From: a virus
Virus genome (UHGV): UHGV-0203667
DNA length: 13,326 nt
Direction: 5' to 3' (one strand)
The number at the start of each line of letters is the position of its first letter. The stretch's first letter is position 1. Below are positions 12,577 through 13,326 of the stretch, in pieces. Below the pieces are notes generated by a model. The model worked only from the letters and a program-made list of their open reading frames with translations. It was not told where the DNA came from and ran no database searches. Made by a program: the position numbers and the translations under genes.

Positions 12577-12621
12577 CCTGCTTTGCAGGCTTGGCACACA
12601 GCCAAGGTCGCAGCTATGCGA
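12577..12621 (+). promoter_or_regulatory. Triple tandem hairpin module, copy 2 (partner at 5117-5159)
   Basis: CCTGC ttt GCAGG | CTTGGC acaca GCCAAG | g | TCGCA gcta TGCGA. It shares GCTTG..CAAGG and CGCAGCTATGCG with copy 1, and the stem differences are compensated. Confidence 0.6.
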
Positions 12622-12629
12622 CTCCTATC

Positions 12630-12660
12630 ATCTATCATAACTTTTTCATTCGTGATAGAT
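12630..12660. promoter_or_regulatory. 8-bp inverted repeat ATCTATCA-N15-TGATAGAT (possible operator), with a direct TATCAT duplication
   Basis: Read directly. It lies between the hairpin module and the right-hand small genes. Confidence 0.3.
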
Positions 12661-12757
12661 ATCTTTTGATCAATATCAATGTTTTCCTGGGATTTGCCCG
12701 GCTATAGTTCGAATCAAGGAAGGGGAGCATTGATAGCACCAAAACCGAACAAACAAA

Positions 12758-12772
12758 TCAACTTCTCGCAAA
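12758..12772 (+). repeat. Conserved 5'-UTR motif TCAACTTCTCGCAAA (exact copy at 13301-13315; related TCAACCTCTCGCGAG at 8540-8554)
   Basis: The 15-mer is identical at both sites, on the same strand, and each is followed by a purine-rich SD-like sequence (AAGGTGA or AGGGG). Confidence 0.55.
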
Positions 12773-12783
12773 AGGTGATAGTT

Positions 12784-12906
12784 ATGGGTATCAAGAACAG
12801 TGCCAGCGCATGGCAAAAGGCCAGGTTTCATCACCCACACATTGTTAAGGCAATTGAGGTGGTTGGAGTGTTAGCCCTGATGTTAGCTCTGTGTGTGGAG
12901 GTGTGA
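12784..12906 (+). CDS. Small (40 aa) membrane protein
   Basis: AAGGTGA lies 5 nt upstream of ATG 12784. The translation is MGIKNSASAWQKARFHHPHIVKAIEVVGVLALMLALCVEV, with a hydrophobic C-terminus. The track start at 12679 has no SD and would translate through the conserved UTR motif. Confidence 0.5.
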   Translation: MGIKNSASAWQKARFHHPHIVKAIEVVGVLALMLALCVEV

Positions 12907-12907
12907 G

Positions 12908-12976
12908 ATGGGCAAAGGAGGCAAAGCATTTTTTAATAGGTCTGGCTATCCTGGATGTTCTACTAATCATGATTGA
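12908..12976 (+). CDS. Possible 22-aa peptide (MGKGGKAFFNRSGYPGCSTNHD)
   Basis: GGAGG lies 6 nt upstream of the ATG, and the ATG is 1 nt after the upstream stop. The ORF is very short, so confidence is low. Confidence 0.25.
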   Translation: MGKGGKAFFNRSGYPGCSTNHD

Positions 12977-13008
12977 GCGGAGTTTATGAACAGCATTGAG
13001 AGGAGTTT

Positions 13009-13269
13009 ATGACGGGGGCTAAAGATATCAGGAGACTGAGGGAAGAGCTGATAGCTGAAATTAAAGCTAAGGCAAAGCAAATGGAGATAGCCGCGCAAAT
13101 GGATGTAGCGGAACAGATGTACAAGATGGTTGAAGAGGGAACACCACGACAGGTTATCGCTAAAACCTTCGGTGTGGGGATCGCCACCGTGCACAGAAGG
13201 CTGAAAGCCTATGCCGACTACCACAACATTGAGAGAGGGGAGGATGGGAGATTTAAGAAGAATAAATAG
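13009..13269 (+). CDS. Small HTH DNA-binding protein (86 aa), coiled-coil N-terminus
   Basis: GGAG lies upstream of the ATG. The HTH segment is TPRQVIAKTFGVGIATVHRRLKAY. Confidence 0.75.
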   Translation: MTGAKDIRRLREELIAEIKAKAKQMEIAAQMDVAEQMYKMVEEGTPRQVIAKTFGVGIATVHRRLKAYADYHNIERGEDGRFKKNK

Positions 13270-13300
13270 TAGGAACAGTCCAACAGGTTATTAACTAAAT

Positions 13301-13315
13301 TCAACTTCTCGCAAA
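13301..13315 (+). repeat. Second copy of the 5'-UTR motif TCAACTTCTCGCAAA
   Basis: Identical to 12758-12772. It is followed by GGGG, and the window ends before any start codon. Confidence 0.5.
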
Positions 13316-13326
13316 GGGGTACCGTC

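Noticed and set aside
8412-12680. Invertible segment hypothesis: the two non-coding regions flanking the minus-strand module as inverted repeats
   Set aside because: I could not align 8412-8913 with the reverse complement of 11979-12680 beyond very short matches. No recombinase gene is in the window.
12679-12783. Upstream start (12679) of the 75-aa track ORF
   Set aside because: There is no SD at 12679. This part would be translated through the conserved UTR motif that recurs non-codingly at 13301-13315. ATG 12784 has an AAGGTGA SD.
12967-13224. Minus-strand track ORFs 12967-13224 and 12984-13187
   Set aside because: They are antisense to the 86-aa HTH gene (13009-13269), which has an SD and a clear HTH.

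Overview
The window looks like a temperate phage or phage-plasmid segment from a gamma-proteobacterial (enteric-type) host. The host call rests on sigma70-type promoters, an E. coli-type LexA box and a DnaA box. No rRNA, tRNA, CRISPR array or transposase was recognised. All protein functions are inferred by eye from motifs, size and gene order, without any database search.

Layout:
- 1-531 (+): a membrane protein gene with a strong terminator.
- 532-2839: about 2.3 kb with no credible ORF. It holds 11-bp-phased CCTATTTA repeats, a field of GA(A/G)(G/A)ATTTCTCAC iterons (the last three at exact 23-bp spacing), a dense cluster of perfect hairpins, and two intrinsic terminators that only work on the minus strand.
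- 2840-3141 (+): a self-contained promoter/small-membrane-protein/terminator cassette.
- 3183-6305 (+): an early/replication-like block. It includes a wHTH plus AT-hook Rep/O-like protein and several small HTH or acidic proteins.
- 6309-8411 (+): a 700-aa tape measure protein.
- 11978-8914 (-): a converging head-proximal module with a decoration-like protein, a lambda gpE-like major capsid protein, a small HTH protein and two virion or head-tail proteins.
- 12784-13269 (+): small genes at the right edge.

The minus-strand module is bracketed by two ORF-free, highly structured regions. One is a roughly 470-nt leader (11979-12452). The other is a roughly 420-nt 3' region (8494-8913) that ends in a minus-strand terminator.

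Most striking points:
1. A perfect TTGACA-17-TATAAT promoter on the minus strand is overlapped by a near-consensus LexA box (12451-12487). It points at the capsid operon.
2. A three-hairpin module occurs twice (5117-5159 and 12577-12621) with compensatory base changes.
3. The long ORF-free regions contain iterons, orphan terminators and multi-stem junctions. This suggests RNA- or DNA-structure-based control rather than protein genes.
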